64,000 bases of DNA from Lysobacteraceae bacterium (lineage in GTDB: Bacteria; Pseudomonadota; Gammaproteobacteria; Xanthomonadales; Xanthomonadaceae). The notes beneath the pieces are model-generated. The model searched no databases and had not been told where the DNA came from. It saw only the letters and a program-made list of their open reading frames with translations. A program made the position numbers and the translations under genes. The stretch spans positions 35,238 through 99,237 of the forward strand of contig JAYRSY010000006.1 in assembly GCA_041919915.1 (NCBI GenBank). Direction: 5' to 3'. Shown in pieces: positions 50,978-62,055 of this stretch. How positions within the stretch are numbered: the stretch's first letter is position 1; every line of letters begins with the position of its first letter.

Positions 50978-52276
50978 TTACCGTTGCAGCAGGCGCTCGC
51001 GCAACGCCGCATCATCGGCCGCCAGCGCTTCGCCATGGGCCGGTTTGGCGAGGCATTCCGCAAGCGCCGGCGGCACCTCCACCGCATGTCCCACCAGCGG
51101 TTCGACGATGGTGTCGAACTTGGCCGGGTGCGCGGTCGCGACGACGGCCCACGGTCGTGCATCGCCGGCGGCGCGGAGATCTTCGAGCACTTTCAGGCCG
51201 CAGGCGGTGTGCGGGCAGGGCACGATGCCGTGGCGTTTCGGTGCGCCTGCAATCGTGGTGCGGATCGTCGCATCGACCACGGCGCGGGCGCGCAGGGCGT
51301 GGCGCAGGCTGTCGTCGTCGGCGAACCAGTGGCGCAGACGTTCGAAGTTGCTCGGCGCGCCGACATCCATCGCGTTGGCGAGCGTGGCCTTCGTCGCCGT
51401 CGGCGCGTAATCGGCGCCCGAGAAGAAGCGCGGCAGCACGTCGTTGGCGTTGGTCGCGAGTACGAGCTCGCCGATCGGGAACCCCATGCGTTTCGCCAGC
51501 AGCGCCGCGGCGGCATTGCCCAGATTGCCGGTGGGGACGATCAGGTTCAGCGCTTCGACATGCTGCGCGAAGAAATTCCGCGCGGTGTGGGCGTAGTAGG
51601 CCAGCTGCGGCAGCAGCCGGCCGAGGCTGATGCTGTTGGCCGAGGTCAGCGCCATGCGTTCGCGCAGATCGCGGTCCGACAGCGCGGCCTTCGCCATGCG
51701 CTGGCAGTCGTCGAAGGTGCCGTCGACCCGGAACGTGCGGACGTTGTCGCCCCAGCATTCGAGGCCATGGGCCTGACGCGGCGAGACCCGGCCGTCGGGA
51801 TACAGGATCACCACCTCGAACCCCGGGCGGCGATGGAACGCGCCCGCGACCGCGGCACCGGTGTCGCCGGAGGTCGCGACGAGAATCGTCGTGACCGGTG
51901 CGTCGGGAGCGCGCAACGCGCCGAGGCATTCGGCCAGGAAACGCGCGGCGTAATCCTTGAACGCCGCGGTCGGACCGTGGAAGAGTTCGAGCAGATGATC
52001 GCCGCGCTGGCGCAGCATGCGCAGCGGCGCGTCGAAGCTGTAGGCGCGCGCGCACAGCGCCGGCAGCGCGTCGCGCAGCGAGGAATCGGTGAAATACGGC
52101 ACCAGCGCTTCGTTCGCGGTGTCGGCGAGCGAGGGCGAGGGCATGCGCACGACCGATGCGGGCAGGGTCGGAATGGTCTCCGGCACGTACAGGCCGCCGT
52201 CCGGCGCGAGCCCGGCGATCAGCGCGTCGTCGATGCCGGTCGGCGGTATGCCGCCGCGGGTGCTGACGAACCGCAT
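50978..52276 (-). CDS. thrC: threonine synthase
   Basis: The C-terminal 432 aa of ORF 50978..53299. MRFVSTRGG..., HGPTAAFKDYAARF (PLP lysine) and ATSGDTGAA motifs. Confidence 0.93.
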   Translation of the reverse strand: MRFVSTRGGIPPTGIDDALIAGLAPDGGLYVPETIPTLPASVVRMPSPSLADTANEALVPYFTDSSLRDALPALCARAYSFDAPLRMLRQRGDHLLELFHGPTAAFKDYAARFLAECLGALRAPDAPVTTILVATSGDTGAAVAGAFHRRPGFEVVILYPDGRVSPRQAHGLECWGDNVRTFRVDGTFDDCQRMAKAALSDRDLRERMALTSANSISLGRLLPQLAYYAHTARNFFAQHVEALNLIVPTGNLGNAAAALLAKRMGFPIGELVLATNANDVLPRFFSGADYAPTATKATLANAMDVGAPSNFERLRHWFADDDSLRHALRARAVVDATIRTTIAGAPKRHGIVPCPHTACGLKVLEDLRAAGDARPWAVVATAHPAKFDTIVEPLVGHAVEVPPALAECLAKPAHGEALAADDAALRERLLQR

Positions 52277-53235
52277 CACAGCACCTCCGCGCGTGGCGCG
52301 GCGACCGGCGAGACGTAGGCGCGGGCGTCGTAACCGGCGGCGACGAAGGCCGCACGCATCGCCGGGGCCGCCGCTTCGGCCTGCGCCTTCGACGCGAACC
52401 ATGCGAAGACGCTGGGGCCCGCACCGGAAATGCTGGCGCCCAGCGCGTCGTGCGCGAGCGCCGCCGCCTTCACGTCCGCGAAGCCCGGGATCAGCGGTGC
52501 GCGGCGCGGTTCGACGAGCACGTCGTGCAGTCCCGCGCGGATCAGCGCGGCGTCGTCGCGCTGCAGCCCGGTCAGGAACAACGCCAGATGCGCGCTTTGT
52601 TCGACGAACTGCCCCAGCGGGTAGGGCTCGGCGAGCGCGGCGCGCGCGCGGCGCGTCTCCAGCACCTGGTCCGGATGCACGACGACGCAATGCAGCCATG
52701 CCGGCACCGGCAGCGCGATCATGCGGTTGTGGGTCGCCAGCACGGCGCCGCCGAGCAGCATCGGCGCGACGTTGTCGCCGTGCAGGCTGCCGCTGGCGAC
52801 CGCTTCGCCCTGCAGCGCGAACGGATACAGCGCGTCGCGCGACAGCGGGGCGTCGAGCAGCGCGTTCGCCGCGACCAGCGCGGCCACGCAGGAGGCCGCC
52901 GAGCCGCCGAGCCCGGAGCCGAGCGGGATGCCCTTCTCCAGTTCCACCGAGAAACCGTACGGCAGCGCCAGCGCCTCGCGCAGCGCGATCAGCGCGCGTC
53001 CGGCGGTGTTGCGTTCCGCCTCCAGCGGCAGCGCATCGGCGCCGGTCACGTCGCCGCGGATCGCGGCGATCCGCACGTCCGGCGTGTCGATGCGCCGGAC
53101 GATGGCGACATCGCGCGGTCCGGCGATGACATGGCCGAGCAGATCGAATCCGACGCCGATGTTGCCCACGCTCGCGGGGGCGAAGGCGCGGACGCCGTAT
53201 CGCTGCGGATCGGCATCCGCGGGTGAAACACTCAT
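52276..53235 (-). CDS. thrB: homoserine kinase
   Basis: Inside ORF 52276..54009. [13 protein letters not shown] and the GHMP motif [14 protein letters not shown]. Its stop overlaps the thrC start by 1 nt. Confidence 0.92.
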   Translation of the reverse strand: MSVSPADADPQRYGVRAFAPASVGNIGVGFDLLGHVIAGPRDVAIVRRIDTPDVRIAAIRGDVTGADALPLEAERNTAGRALIALREALALPYGFSVELEKGIPLGSGLGGSAASCVAALVAANALLDAPLSRDALYPFALQGEAVASGSLHGDNVAPMLLGGAVLATHNRMIALPVPAWLHCVVVHPDQVLETRRARAALAEPYPLGQFVEQSAHLALFLTGLQRDDAALIRAGLHDVLVEPRRAPLIPGFADVKAAALAHDALGASISGAGPSVFAWFASKAQAEAAAPAMRAAFVAAGYDARAYVSPVAAPRAEVL

Positions 53236-55784
53236 GCGCTGGCTCCGAACGGGCGGGCGCCGAGGGTGCCCGCGATCGCGAGAATATCGCCGAAGACACC
53301 GGCTGCGGTCACGTCCGCACCGGCACCGGGGCCCTGCACCACCAGCGGATTGTGAGCGTAGCGACGGGTGCGGAACTGGATCAGATTGTCGGTGAGCCGG
53401 CTGTGCAGGCTGGCGTGGCCGGGTTCGGGCATCGCCAGACCGACGCGTGCGCGGCCGTCGCTGTCGAGTCGCGCCAGATAGCGCAGGCTGCGGCCTTCGG
53501 CGCGCGCGGCGTCGAGGCGCGCCTGCATCGGCGCGTCGAGTTCGTGCAGGCGGGCCAGGAATTCGTCGCGCGACACCCCGCGCAGCGCCTCGGGCACCAG
53601 GCTTTCGATCTCGACATCGGCCAGCGACAGGTCGGCGCCGGCCTCGCGGGCGAGGATCACCAGTTTGCGCGCGACATCGACGCCGCCGAGATCGTCGCGC
53701 GGATCGGGTTCGGTGTAGCCCAGCGCCTTCGCTTCGGCGACGAGCGCCGAGAACGGCACGCTGCCGTCGTAGCGGTTGAACAACCAGGCCAGCGTGCCCG
53801 AAAGCACGCCTTCGATGCCGGTCAGCGCATCGCCGGTGTCGAGCAGCGAACGCAGGGTCTGGATCACCGGCAGGCCGGCGCCGACCGTCGCCTCGTAACG
53901 GAACAGGCCGCCGTGCCGTTCGGCGTCGCGGATCGCGCGGTAGCGCGCAGGATCGCCGCTGCCGGCGTGTTTGCTCGGCGTGACCACGTGGATGCCCATG
54001 GCCAGCCATTCGGGATAGCGGGCCGCGACCGCATCGCTGCCGCTGCAGTCGACGATCAGCGCATGCGGCAGATGCTCGGCGCGGACGTGCGCGGCGAAGC
54101 GGTCGAGGTCGAGGGCTTCGCCTTCGGCCAGCGCGTCGACGGCGCGCGCCGGATCGAGCGACGTTTCGGCCAGCGCCATCGTCCGGCTCGATGCGACCGC
54201 GCGCAGGCGCAGATCGAGACGATGATCCATGCGCGGATCTTCGGCGAATCTCGGCAGTGCGTCGGCGAGTTGGGCGAGCAGGGCGCGACCGACGTTGCCT
54301 GGGCCGATCAGGCCCACCGACAGCGTCGCCGGCGACAGCCAGAACGCGCTGTGCGCGGCGCGCAGTCCGCGCACCGCATCGGCATCGGCGATCGCCACCG
54401 AGATGTTGCGTTCGCTCGCGCCCTGCGCGATCGCGCGGATGTTGACCCGCGCCCGCGCGAGCCCGGCGAACAACCGCGCCGACACGCCATGCGTGCCGAC
54501 CATGCCGTCGCCGACCGCGGCGAGCACGGCGATGCCCGGGGTGACGTCGACGCCCTCGACCTGACCGTCGGCGATCGCCTCGGCGAAGGCTGCGCGCACG
54601 GCGTCGCGCCCGTGCGCGCCCTGCGCCGCCGGCACCAGACAGCAGATCGAATGCTCGCTCGACCCCTGCGAGATCATGGTCACCGACACGCCGGCGGCGT
54701 GCAGCGCCGCGAACATGCGTTCGGCGGTGCCGGGCACGCCGATCAGGCCGGCGCCGCTGAGTTCGAGCACGGCCATGTCGCGCACCAGGCTCAGGCCCTT
54801 CACCGGCGACGCGTCCGCGTCCGGCGCGTCGTCGGCGATGCGCGTGCCGGCCGCGGCGGGATTGCGCGAATTGCGGATCAGGATCGGCAACCGCGCCTGC
54901 ATCGCCGGCGCCATCGTCTGCGGATGCAGCACCTTGGCGCCGAAATACGCCAGTTCGCAGGCCTCGGCATAGGACATCGACGGCAGGCAGACCGCGTCGG
55001 GCACCAGGCGCGGATCGGCGCTCAGCACGCCGTCGACGTCGGTCCAGATGGTGAGATCTTCGGCCTCGAACAGCACCGCGAAGATCGCGCCGGAGTAGTC
55101 GCTGCCGTTGCGGCCGAGCGTGGCGGGACGCCCCTCGGCATCGCGCGCGACGAAACCGGTGACCACCACGTCGTGCTGGGGGTGCTGCGCGCGCCAGTCG
55201 GCGAGGCGTGCGCGGGTGCGCGGCCAGTCGACGGCGACACCGAGTTCGCCCGGATGCACCACCAGCACGTCGCGCGCATCGAGCCGCGCCCAGCCCGCGG
55301 CCTCGCCGCCGAGCGCGGCCTGCAGCAGTCGCGAGGACCAGACTTCACCGAGGCCCTGGACGGCGGCGAAGTCGTGCGCGGCGAGTGCCCGCGCATCACC
55401 CGCGCAGAGCTCGGCGATGCGGCTGAGCGATGCCGACAGCGCGGCGAAGGCCTGGTCCAGCCACGGCACCAGTGCGTGGCGATCGGTGCCGTCGAGACGA
55501 TAGGCGGTGGCGAGGTGACGATCGCGCAGCGCCGACCAGGCATCCTGCCAGTCGTGTCCCGCCGCGGCGCTCTCGGCCAGTGCGGTCAGCGCATCGGTCA
55601 CGCCCTGCATCGCCGAGACCACCACGACGCGAGGCTGCGGCGAGTCCTGCAGCAGCGCGGCGACGTGGCGGTAGCGATCGGCATCGGCGACGCTGCTGCC
55701 GCCGAACTTGTGCGCGCGATGACGCGGAAGTGCGGGGGCGGGAGCGGCGGGTGCGGCGTGTTGCTGTGGTGCGGGCGAATCCAT
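53232..55784 (-). CDS. thrA: bifunctional aspartate kinase / homoserine dehydrogenase
   Basis: Start at Met63 of ORF 53232..55970. [10 protein letters not shown], an ACT region, and the homoserine dehydrogenase motif GLIGPGNVG. About 850 aa. Confidence 0.92.
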   Translation of the reverse strand: MDSPAPQQHAAPAAPAPALPRHRAHKFGGSSVADADRYRHVAALLQDSPQPRVVVVSAMQGVTDALTALAESAAAGHDWQDAWSALRDRHLATAYRLDGTDRHALVPWLDQAFAALSASLSRIAELCAGDARALAAHDFAAVQGLGEVWSSRLLQAALGGEAAGWARLDARDVLVVHPGELGVAVDWPRTRARLADWRAQHPQHDVVVTGFVARDAEGRPATLGRNGSDYSGAIFAVLFEAEDLTIWTDVDGVLSADPRLVPDAVCLPSMSYAEACELAYFGAKVLHPQTMAPAMQARLPILIRNSRNPAAAGTRIADDAPDADASPVKGLSLVRDMAVLELSGAGLIGVPGTAERMFAALHAAGVSVTMISQGSSEHSICCLVPAAQGAHGRDAVRAAFAEAIADGQVEGVDVTPGIAVLAAVGDGMVGTHGVSARLFAGLARARVNIRAIAQGASERNISVAIADADAVRGLRAAHSAFWLSPATLSVGLIGPGNVGRALLAQLADALPRFAEDPRMDHRLDLRLRAVASSRTMALAETSLDPARAVDALAEGEALDLDRFAAHVRAEHLPHALIVDCSGSDAVAARYPEWLAMGIHVVTPSKHAGSGDPARYRAIRDAERHGGLFRYEATVGAGLPVIQTLRSLLDTGDALTGIEGVLSGTLAWLFNRYDGSVPFSALVAEAKALGYTEPDPRDDLGGVDVARKLVILAREAGADLSLADVEIESLVPEALRGVSRDEFLARLHELDAPMQARLDAARAEGRSLRYLARLDSDGRARVGLAMPEPGHASLHSRLTDNLIQFRTRRYAHNPLVVQGPGAGADVTAAGVFGDILAIAGTLGARPFGASA

Positions 55785-55876
55785 GGGGAGGCTCCAGGTG
55801 GGAGCCCCGCAGCGCCGGGTGCGTGGGGTTCTCCACCCCGCGAACCCTGGTCGGGTGCGGGGCGGAAGTCGAAGGG
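55785..55876 (-). promoter_or_regulatory. thr leader RNA with alternative hairpins (attenuator candidate)
   Basis: Mutually exclusive pairings by eye: GGUGCGGG (in the leader ORF) with CCCGCACC; CCGCCCCGC with GCGGGGUGG; and GGGGCUCC-caccu-GGAGCCUC, which covers the thrA Shine-Dalgarno. Confidence 0.5.
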
Positions 55877-56014
55877 TCAATCCGTTTCGCTGCCGCAGCC
55901 CGCACCGCCGGTGGTACCGGTACCGGTGATGGTCGTCGTGGTCGCGATCGACACGCCAGCGCCCGCGCACGGAGCGTGGGTGGTGAAGGTGTCGATGGCG
56001 GACAGGGCTGGCAT
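55877..56014 (-). CDS. thrL: thr operon leader peptide (Thr/Ile-rich)
   Basis: MPALSAIDTFTTHAPCAGAGVSIATTTTITGTGTTGGAGCGSETD has 12 Thr and 3 Ile in 45 aa. It resembles E. coli ThrL (...STTITTTITITTGNGAG). Found inside ORF 55877..56140. Confidence 0.65.
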   Translation of the reverse strand: MPALSAIDTFTTHAPCAGAGVSIATTTTITGTGTTGGAGCGSETD

Positions 56015-56021
56015 GGGACAG

Positions 56022-56050
56022 GTGTAAACGATGGCGGGGCGGGGCGTCAA
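56022..56050 (-). promoter_or_regulatory. candidate sigma-70 promoter for thr leader
   Basis: On the minus strand: TTGACG, a 17-nt spacer, then TTACAC, preceded by an A-tract. The -10 element ends 7 nt before the leader ATG. Confidence 0.35.
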
Positions 56051-56112
56051 ATGATTTTTCGCGGGACAGGCGTGACGACGATTGCAGTCCCGGGATGGCG
56101 CGGCGTCGGTGG

Positions 56113-57207
56113 TCAATCGCGGAGCACCACCGCCTCGCATTCGGTTTCGAGCCGCGCGATCACCGCCGCGGTCATGGCGGCGGTGCCCAGCGGCGGCCGG
56201 GCGGCCGGACCGGTGGGGGCGAGGTCCGCGGTCAACGCACCACTGTCGATGGCGTCGGCGACCGCCTTCTCGATGCAGCGCGCTTCGTCCGCCAGGCCCA
56301 GCGAATGTCGCAGCAGCATCGCCGCGCTGAGGATCGCGCCGCAGGGATTGGCGATGCCGCGACCGGCGATGTCAGGCGCCGAACCATGAATCGGCTCGTA
56401 CAGACCGAGCCGTCCTTCGCCGAGCGATGCCGACGGCAGCAGGCCCATCGAACCGGCCAGCATCGACGCCTCGTCGGTGAGGATGTCACCGAACATGTTC
56501 TCGGTGACGATCACGTCGTAGTCGCGCGGTCGGGCGATGAGGTGCATCGCCATGCTGTCGACCAGCTGATGTTCGAGCCGCACGTCGGGGAATTCATCGC
56601 GGGCGATGCGGCTCGCGACCTCGCGCCACAGTCGCGAGGTTTCCAGCACGTTCGCCTTGTCGACCGAGACGACGTGTTTCCGCCGACCGCGCGCGAGCCC
56701 GCAGGCGCGACGGACCACGCGCTCGATCTCCGCGATCGTGTATTCGCACAGATCGCTGGCGCCGGCATCGCTGAGGGTGCGCGCGCCGAAATAGACCCCG
56801 CCGGTGAGTTCGCGGACCACGATCATGTCGACGCCGGTCAGCAGATGCGACTTGATCGGCGAGGCGGTCAGCGCGACCGGATGGGTGCGCACCGGGCGCA
56901 GGTTCGCGTAGAGCCCGAGCGCCTTGCGCAGCTTCAGCAGCCCCTGTTCCGGACGGATCTCGCCGTCGGACCACTTCGGCCCGCCGACCGCGCCGAGCAG
57001 GACCGCATCGGCCTTGCCGCAGGCGTCGAGCGTGGCGTCGGAGAGCGCCGTGCCTTCGGCGTCGATCGCGGCGCCGCCGATCAGCCGGGTGTCGAAATGG
57101 AAATCGTGGCCGTAGCGACGGCCCGTGGCTTGCAGCACGGCGACCGCGGCGGCGGTCACTTCCGGACCGATGCCGTCGCCGGGGAGTACGACGATGTCAG
57201 CGCGCAT
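56113..57207 (-). CDS. leuB: 3-isopropylmalate dehydrogenase
   Basis: [17 protein letters not shown]..., [25 protein letters not shown]; 364 aa. Confidence 0.95.
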   Translation of the reverse strand: MRADIVVLPGDGIGPEVTAAAVAVLQATGRRYGHDFHFDTRLIGGAAIDAEGTALSDATLDACGKADAVLLGAVGGPKWSDGEIRPEQGLLKLRKALGLYANLRPVRTHPVALTASPIKSHLLTGVDMIVVRELTGGVYFGARTLSDAGASDLCEYTIAEIERVVRRACGLARGRRKHVVSVDKANVLETSRLWREVASRIARDEFPDVRLEHQLVDSMAMHLIARPRDYDVIVTENMFGDILTDEASMLAGSMGLLPSASLGEGRLGLYEPIHGSAPDIAGRGIANPCGAILSAAMLLRHSLGLADEARCIEKAVADAIDSGALTADLAPTGPAARPPLGTAAMTAAVIARLETECEAVVLRD

Positions 57208-57799
57208 GGGAACGGTTCTCCATGGAAATACCCTCGAAATGTTGGATGTGCGGAATCTGTTTCAGCAGGTAACCGAGCTGGTCGACGCCTTCGAGCAGGC
57301 AGGTGCGCGCGAAGCCGTCGATGGGGAATGCGAACGCGCGGCCGTCGGGCAGGGTCACGGTGGCGGCGGCGACATCGATGTCGAGCGCGATCCCCGGATT
57401 GGCCAGCAGTTCGTCGACCGTCGCGGCGTCCAGCACGATCGGCAGCAGCCCGTTCTTCAGTGCGTTGCTGCGGAAGATGTCGGCGATCTCCGCGCTGATC
57501 ACCGCGCGCAGACCGAAATCGCGCAGCGCCCACGGCGCGTGCTCGCGCGAGGACCCGCAGCCGAAGTTGCGGCCGGCGACCAGGATTTCCGCGCCCTGCG
57601 CCTCGGGCCGGTTGAGCGGGAAGTCCGGATCGGGCGTGCCGTCCTCGCGCCAGCGCCAGTCGTTGAAGGCGTGACGGCCGAGACCTTCGCGCGAAGTGGT
57701 GGTGAGGAACCGCGCGGGAATGATCCGGTCGGTGTCGATGTTGCTGTCGGGCAGACAGACGGTGCGCGCATGCACGTGGCGCAGCGGTGCGGTGCTCAT
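57197..57799 (-). CDS. leuD: 3-isopropylmalate dehydratase small subunit
   Basis: Inside ORF 57197..58429. [13 protein letters not shown] and [18 protein letters not shown] motifs. Confidence 0.93.
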   Translation of the reverse strand: MSTAPLRHVHARTVCLPDSNIDTDRIIPARFLTTTSREGLGRHAFNDWRWREDGTPDPDFPLNRPEAQGAEILVAGRNFGCGSSREHAPWALRDFGLRAVISAEIADIFRSNALKNGLLPIVLDAATVDELLANPGIALDIDVAAATVTLPDGRAFAFPIDGFARTCLLEGVDQLGYLLKQIPHIQHFEGISMENRSHAR

Positions 57800-59232
57800 G
57801 CGGCGTCCTCCTGCAGCAGCGTGCGCGGATCGACCACGCGGCCGGCGACGGCGCAGGCCGCGGCGGTCAGCGGCGAGGCCAGCACGGTCCGCGCGTCGCG
57901 GCCCTGGCGGCCTTCGAAATTGCGGTTGCTGGTGGATACGGCCAGTTGCCCGGGGCCGACCAGATCGCCGTTCATCGCGATGCACATCGAGCATCCGGGC
58001 TCGCGCCATTCGGCGCCGGCGGCGCGGACGATGCGGTCGATGCCCTCGGCTTCGGCGTCGCGCTTGACCTGTTCCGAGCCCGGCACCACCAGCATCCGCA
58101 CTCGCGGATGCACCGGATGGACGCGCAGGATGCGCGCGACCTCGCGCAGATCGCCGAGACGCCCGTTGGTGCAGCTGCCGACGAACACCACGTCCACCGG
58201 CTGATCGAGCAGCGGTTTGCCGCCCGCGAAGCGCATGTAGTCGAGCGCGCGCTGCGCATCGGCGCCCTCCGCCACCGGCACCCGGGCATCGATCGCGACC
58301 ACCTGGCCCGGGTGCGTGCCCCAGGTCACGGTCGGACGGATGTCGCGGGCGTCGATCTTCACCACCCGGTCGAAGCGCGCGCCGTCGTCGCTGCGCAGCG
58401 TGCGCCAGCGTGCGACCGCGGCGTCCCACGCATCGCCCTTCGGCGCGTGCGGCGTGTCCGCGAGATAGGCGAACGTGACTTCGTCGGGCGCGATCAGCCC
58501 GGCGCGCGCGCCGGCCTCGATCGACATGTTGCAGACGGTCATGCGTTCTTCCATCGACAGCGCGCGGATCGCGTCGCCGCGGTACTCGATGACGTGTCCG
58601 GTGCCGCCGTCGACGCCGATGGCGCCGATGACGTGCAGGATCAGATCCTTCGCGCCGACGCCGGCGGCGAGTTCACCGTCGATCTCGATCGCCAGCGTCT
58701 TCGGTCTGCGCTGCAGCAGGCATTGGGTCGCGAGCACGTGGCCGACCTCGCTGGTGCCGATGCCGAAGGCCAGCGCGCCGAACGCGCCGTGGGTGGCGGT
58801 ATGGCTGTCGCCGCAGACGATGGTGCTGCCGGGCAGGGTCAGGCCCAGTTCCGGGCCGATCACGTGGACGATGCCGCGATGATCACTGTCGAAGTCGAAC
58901 AGTTCGATGCCATGCCTCGCGCAGTTCGCGCGCAGCGTGTCCACCTGCTTCTCGGCGTCGGCGGTGTAATAGTCGAGCGTGCCCTCGGCGTTCCGCGGCG
59001 TGGTCGGCGTGCTGTGGTCGAGCGTGCCCTTGGTGCGCTCGGGGCGGCGTACGCCGAGCCCCCGCGCTTCGAGTTCGGCGAAAGCCTGCGGCGTCGTGAC
59101 TTCGTGGATGAGATGCAGGTCGATGTAGAGCACCGCCGGCGCGTCGGCGGTCTCGGGGACGACGACGTGCGCGTCCCACAGTTTCTCGAACAAGGTTTTC
59201 GGTGCGGTCGGCGTTTCGATGGTCATGGGCAT
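57796..59232 (-). CDS. leuC: 3-isopropylmalate dehydratase large subunit
   Basis: [19 protein letters not shown] and GSCTNGR aconitase-family motifs; 478 aa. Confidence 0.95.
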   Translation of the reverse strand: MPMTIETPTAPKTLFEKLWDAHVVVPETADAPAVLYIDLHLIHEVTTPQAFAELEARGLGVRRPERTKGTLDHSTPTTPRNAEGTLDYYTADAEKQVDTLRANCARHGIELFDFDSDHRGIVHVIGPELGLTLPGSTIVCGDSHTATHGAFGALAFGIGTSEVGHVLATQCLLQRRPKTLAIEIDGELAAGVGAKDLILHVIGAIGVDGGTGHVIEYRGDAIRALSMEERMTVCNMSIEAGARAGLIAPDEVTFAYLADTPHAPKGDAWDAAVARWRTLRSDDGARFDRVVKIDARDIRPTVTWGTHPGQVVAIDARVPVAEGADAQRALDYMRFAGGKPLLDQPVDVVFVGSCTNGRLGDLREVARILRVHPVHPRVRMLVVPGSEQVKRDAEAEGIDRIVRAAGAEWREPGCSMCIAMNGDLVGPGQLAVSTSNRNFEGRQGRDARTVLASPLTAAACAVAGRVVDPRTLLQEDAA

Positions 59233-60881
59233 CAGGCGGTGGCGATCAGGGGCGCGGTCGTGCCTTGCGGCGCGGCGGCGGGGTTCGAATCGTTCGAATC
59301 ATCTGGACGGGAGGCAGTGGCGGCGGGCGCGCGCCGGCGATGCAGGCGGTTGACGATGTCCAGCCACGCCAGCGCACTGGCTTCGAGGATGTCGGTGCTG
59401 GTGCCGGAACCGGTGATCTCGTCGCCACCCGCGCCGGCCGGCGCGCGCGCGGTCAGGCTGGCCTGGCCCTGCGCGTCCTCGCCGGTGGTGACGCTGGACA
59501 CCTGGTAGCTCTCGACATCGAGATGGGTGCCGGTGCCGCGCGCCAGCGCCGCGAACAGCGCATGCACCGGACCGTCGCCGGTCGCCGCTTCGGTGACGCG
59601 CTCGCCTTCGGGCGAGGACAGTTCGACGCTCGCGGTCGGCAGCGTGCCGTCGCCGACGCCGGTGCTGACGTGCAGACGGTTCAGGCGCCAGCCGCCGATG
59701 GCACGTCCGTCGATGCCCAGCGCCAGCGCTTCGAGATCGGCGTCGAACACTTCGCGTTTCTTCTCGGTCAGTGCCTTGAAACGGCCGAAGACCAAGTTCA
59801 ACTGCGGCTCTTCCAGCGCGAATCCCAGCTCCTTCAGGCGGTCGGCGAGCGCTGCACGGCCGCTGTGACGGCCCATGATCATCTGCGACTTCGCCCAGCC
59901 CACGGCTTCGGGCCGCAGGATTTCGTAGGTGCCGCGGTGCTTGAGCATGCCGTGCTGATGGATGCCGGATTCGTGCGCGAAGGCGTTCGCGCCGACGATC
60001 GCCTTGTTCCGCTGTACGCCCATGCCGGTGATGCGGGTGAGCAGGCGCGAGGTCGGCACCAGACGTTCGGTGCGGATGCCGGTGGTCGCGCCGAAGTAGG
60101 CGCGGCGCGTTTCCAGCGCCATCACCAGTTCTTCCATCGCGCAGTTGCCGGCACGTTCGCCGATGCCGTTGATCGTGCATTCGACCTGGCGCGCGCCGCC
60201 CTCGATGGCGGCCAGGCTGTTCGCCACCGCCAGGCCGAGGTCGTCGTGGCAGTGCGCGCTGAACACCGCGCGATCGGCGTCGCGCACGTTCGCGCGCAGG
60301 TACTCGAACAGCGCGCGGATCTCCGCCGGCGTGGTGTAACCGACCGTGTCGGGAATGTTGAGCGTGCGCGCGCCGGCCGCGAGCGCGGCGGAACAGATCT
60401 CGGCCAGGAATTCAGGCTCGGTGCGCAGCGCATCCTCGGCCGAAAATTCGACATCCTCGACGTATCGCCGGGCCTGTTCGACGCCTGCGACCGCGCGTGC
60501 CACCACTTCGTCGCGGCTCATGCCGAGCTTGTGCTCGCGGTGCAGCGGGCTGGTGGAAATGAAGACGTGGATGCGCGGGCGTTCGGCGCGTTCCAACGCA
60601 CGCGCGCAGGCTTCGATGTCGCCGCTGTTGCAGCGCGCGAGGGTGGCGACGCTGGCGCCGCGGACCTCGCGGGCGATCGCCGCGCAGCCGTTGAGATCGC
60701 TCTCCGAACTGGCCGGGAAGCCGGCTTCGATGGTGTCCACGCCGAGTTCGTCGAGCGCGTGCGCGAAGCGCAGCTTCTGCGCGGCGGTCATGCTGCAGCC
60801 GGGCGATTGCTCGCCGTCGCGCAGGCTGGTATCGAAGATGGCGACCCGTGCGGGGGCGTCGGGGCGAACGTCGGTATCCAT
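59232..60881 (-). CDS. leuA: 2-isopropylmalate synthase
   Basis: Start at Met97 of ORF 59232..61169. [30 protein letters not shown] and a LeuA dimerisation region, plus about 40 aa of low-complexity tail. Confidence 0.93.
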   Translation of the reverse strand: MDTDVRPDAPARVAIFDTSLRDGEQSPGCSMTAAQKLRFAHALDELGVDTIEAGFPASSESDLNGCAAIAREVRGASVATLARCNSGDIEACARALERAERPRIHVFISTSPLHREHKLGMSRDEVVARAVAGVEQARRYVEDVEFSAEDALRTEPEFLAEICSAALAAGARTLNIPDTVGYTTPAEIRALFEYLRANVRDADRAVFSAHCHDDLGLAVANSLAAIEGGARQVECTINGIGERAGNCAMEELVMALETRRAYFGATTGIRTERLVPTSRLLTRITGMGVQRNKAIVGANAFAHESGIHQHGMLKHRGTYEILRPEAVGWAKSQMIMGRHSGRAALADRLKELGFALEEPQLNLVFGRFKALTEKKREVFDADLEALALGIDGRAIGGWRLNRLHVSTGVGDGTLPTASVELSSPEGERVTEAATGDGPVHALFAALARGTGTHLDVESYQVSSVTTGEDAQGQASLTARAPAGAGGDEITGSGTSTDILEASALAWLDIVNRLHRRRAPAATASRPDDSNDSNPAAAPQGTTAPLIATA

Positions 60882-62053
60882 CAGGCGATGGCCTCCAGTG
60901 CTTTGAATTCGGGAGATGACCACTCTTGGGCGGGCGGTTCGAGGGGGGCGGGTTGCGCGAGCCGGACGACAGCGGGAGAGATCGCTGCCGTCCGGCCGGC
61001 GCCGGGGGCGGGAAGGCGGGTGTCGGCGCGACGCGCGGCGGGTTTCGCCGTGGACGGCGCGTCGTCGTGGGCGCGGCGGCGCGGCTTGCGCGGCGCGCGC
61101 GGGCGCACGTCGGCGAGCAGGCCCGCGAGCACCGCGGCATCGATGTTGCCGCCGGAGACGACGGCGCATTTGCGTTTGCCGGCGACGCGACGGCCGGCGG
61201 CCAGCGCCAGCGCGCCTGCGCCTTCGGCGATGACGTGTTCTTCCAGCGCCAGTCGCACCAGGGTTTCGCGCAGTTCGGCTTCGCGTACGATCACCAGATC
61301 GTCGAGTAGCTCGGCGAGGATGCGGCGGGTCAGTAGACCCGGTTGTTTGACGCGCACGCCGTCGGCCAGCGTGGCGACCGGTGGTTCGCCCTCGGGTTCG
61401 CCCTTGAGCACGCGATGCATGGCGTCGACATGCTCGACCTGTGCGCCGACGATGCGCACGCCCTGCGATTTCAGGGCCAGCGCGACGCCCGCGGCCAGTC
61501 CGCCGCCGCCGATCGGTACCAGCACCACGTCCGGCGCCAGCGATGCGATCTCCATGCCGACCGTGCCCTGACCGGCGATCACGTCGGGGTCGTCGAACGC
61601 GGAGAGGAATCGATAGCCGTTCTTCTCCGCGAGTTGCATCGCGAACAGGCGGGCTTCGTCGAAGGTGTCGCCGTGCAGACGCACGGTGGCGCCCCAGTGG
61701 GCGACACCCGCGATCTTGGTCTGCGGCGCGCCGTGCGGCATCACCGCGATCGCGGGCACGTTGAGCCGGTACGCGGCCCAGGCCAGGCCCTGCGCGTGAT
61801 TGCCGGCGGACGCGGCGATCACCGGCCGATCGTCGCCGCGCTCGCGCGCCGCGAGCAGCGCGTTCAGCGCGCCGCGCACCTTGTACGAACCGGTGCGCTG
61901 CAGGTTCTCGAGTTTCAGCCAGCAGCCGAAACGTTCCGCGTGATGCAGCGGCGTCGGCGGCAGATAGCGCCGCAGACGCGCCTGCGCGGCGAGCACGTCG
62001 CCCGCGCCGACCGTTGCGGCGTTGCGGACCGGGCCAACGACGTCGCTGTCCAT
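60881..62053 (-). CDS. threonine ammonia-lyase, short (TdcB-like) form with unusual C-terminal tail
   Basis: Start at Met155 of ORF 60881..62515. [15 protein letters not shown] (PLP lysine), SAGNHAQG and GGGGL motifs. It has no ACT-like regulatory domains. Confidence 0.88.
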   Translation of the reverse strand: MDSDVVGPVRNAATVGAGDVLAAQARLRRYLPPTPLHHAERFGCWLKLENLQRTGSYKVRGALNALLAARERGDDRPVIAASAGNHAQGLAWAAYRLNVPAIAVMPHGAPQTKIAGVAHWGATVRLHGDTFDEARLFAMQLAEKNGYRFLSAFDDPDVIAGQGTVGMEIASLAPDVVLVPIGGGGLAAGVALALKSQGVRIVGAQVEHVDAMHRVLKGEPEGEPPVATLADGVRVKQPGLLTRRILAELLDDLVIVREAELRETLVRLALEEHVIAEGAGALALAAGRRVAGKRKCAVVSGGNIDAAVLAGLLADVRPRAPRKPRRRAHDDAPSTAKPAARRADTRLPAPGAGRTAAISPAVVRLAQPAPLEPPAQEWSSPEFKALEAIA

Positions 62054-62055
62054 GC

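Noticed and set aside
52255-52325. My by-hand reading of the sequence line starting at 52261 seemed shifted by one base relative to both-strand ORF translations (an extra g at the line start and a missing c near 52320).
   Set aside because: The apparent indels cancel within one printed line, and all ORF-track frames on both strands are self-consistent. I treat this as my transcription error and used ORF-track coordinates (thrC start 52276, thrB stop 52276-52278).
53223-56027. 934-aa plus-strand ORF antisense to thrA. Similar long antisense ORFs occur at 27167..29635 (S9 peptidase), 30887..33004 (glnE), 33964..36069 and 59202..61571.
   Set aside because: Same reasoning: these are GC-driven open antisense frames, while the opposite-strand genes carry clear catalytic motifs.
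60881-61140. Expected a Leu-rich leader peptide / attenuator upstream of leuA.
   Set aside because: I translated the other two frames by hand and found no Leu run. The region is read as the tdcB tail and ends in a TGATG overlap.
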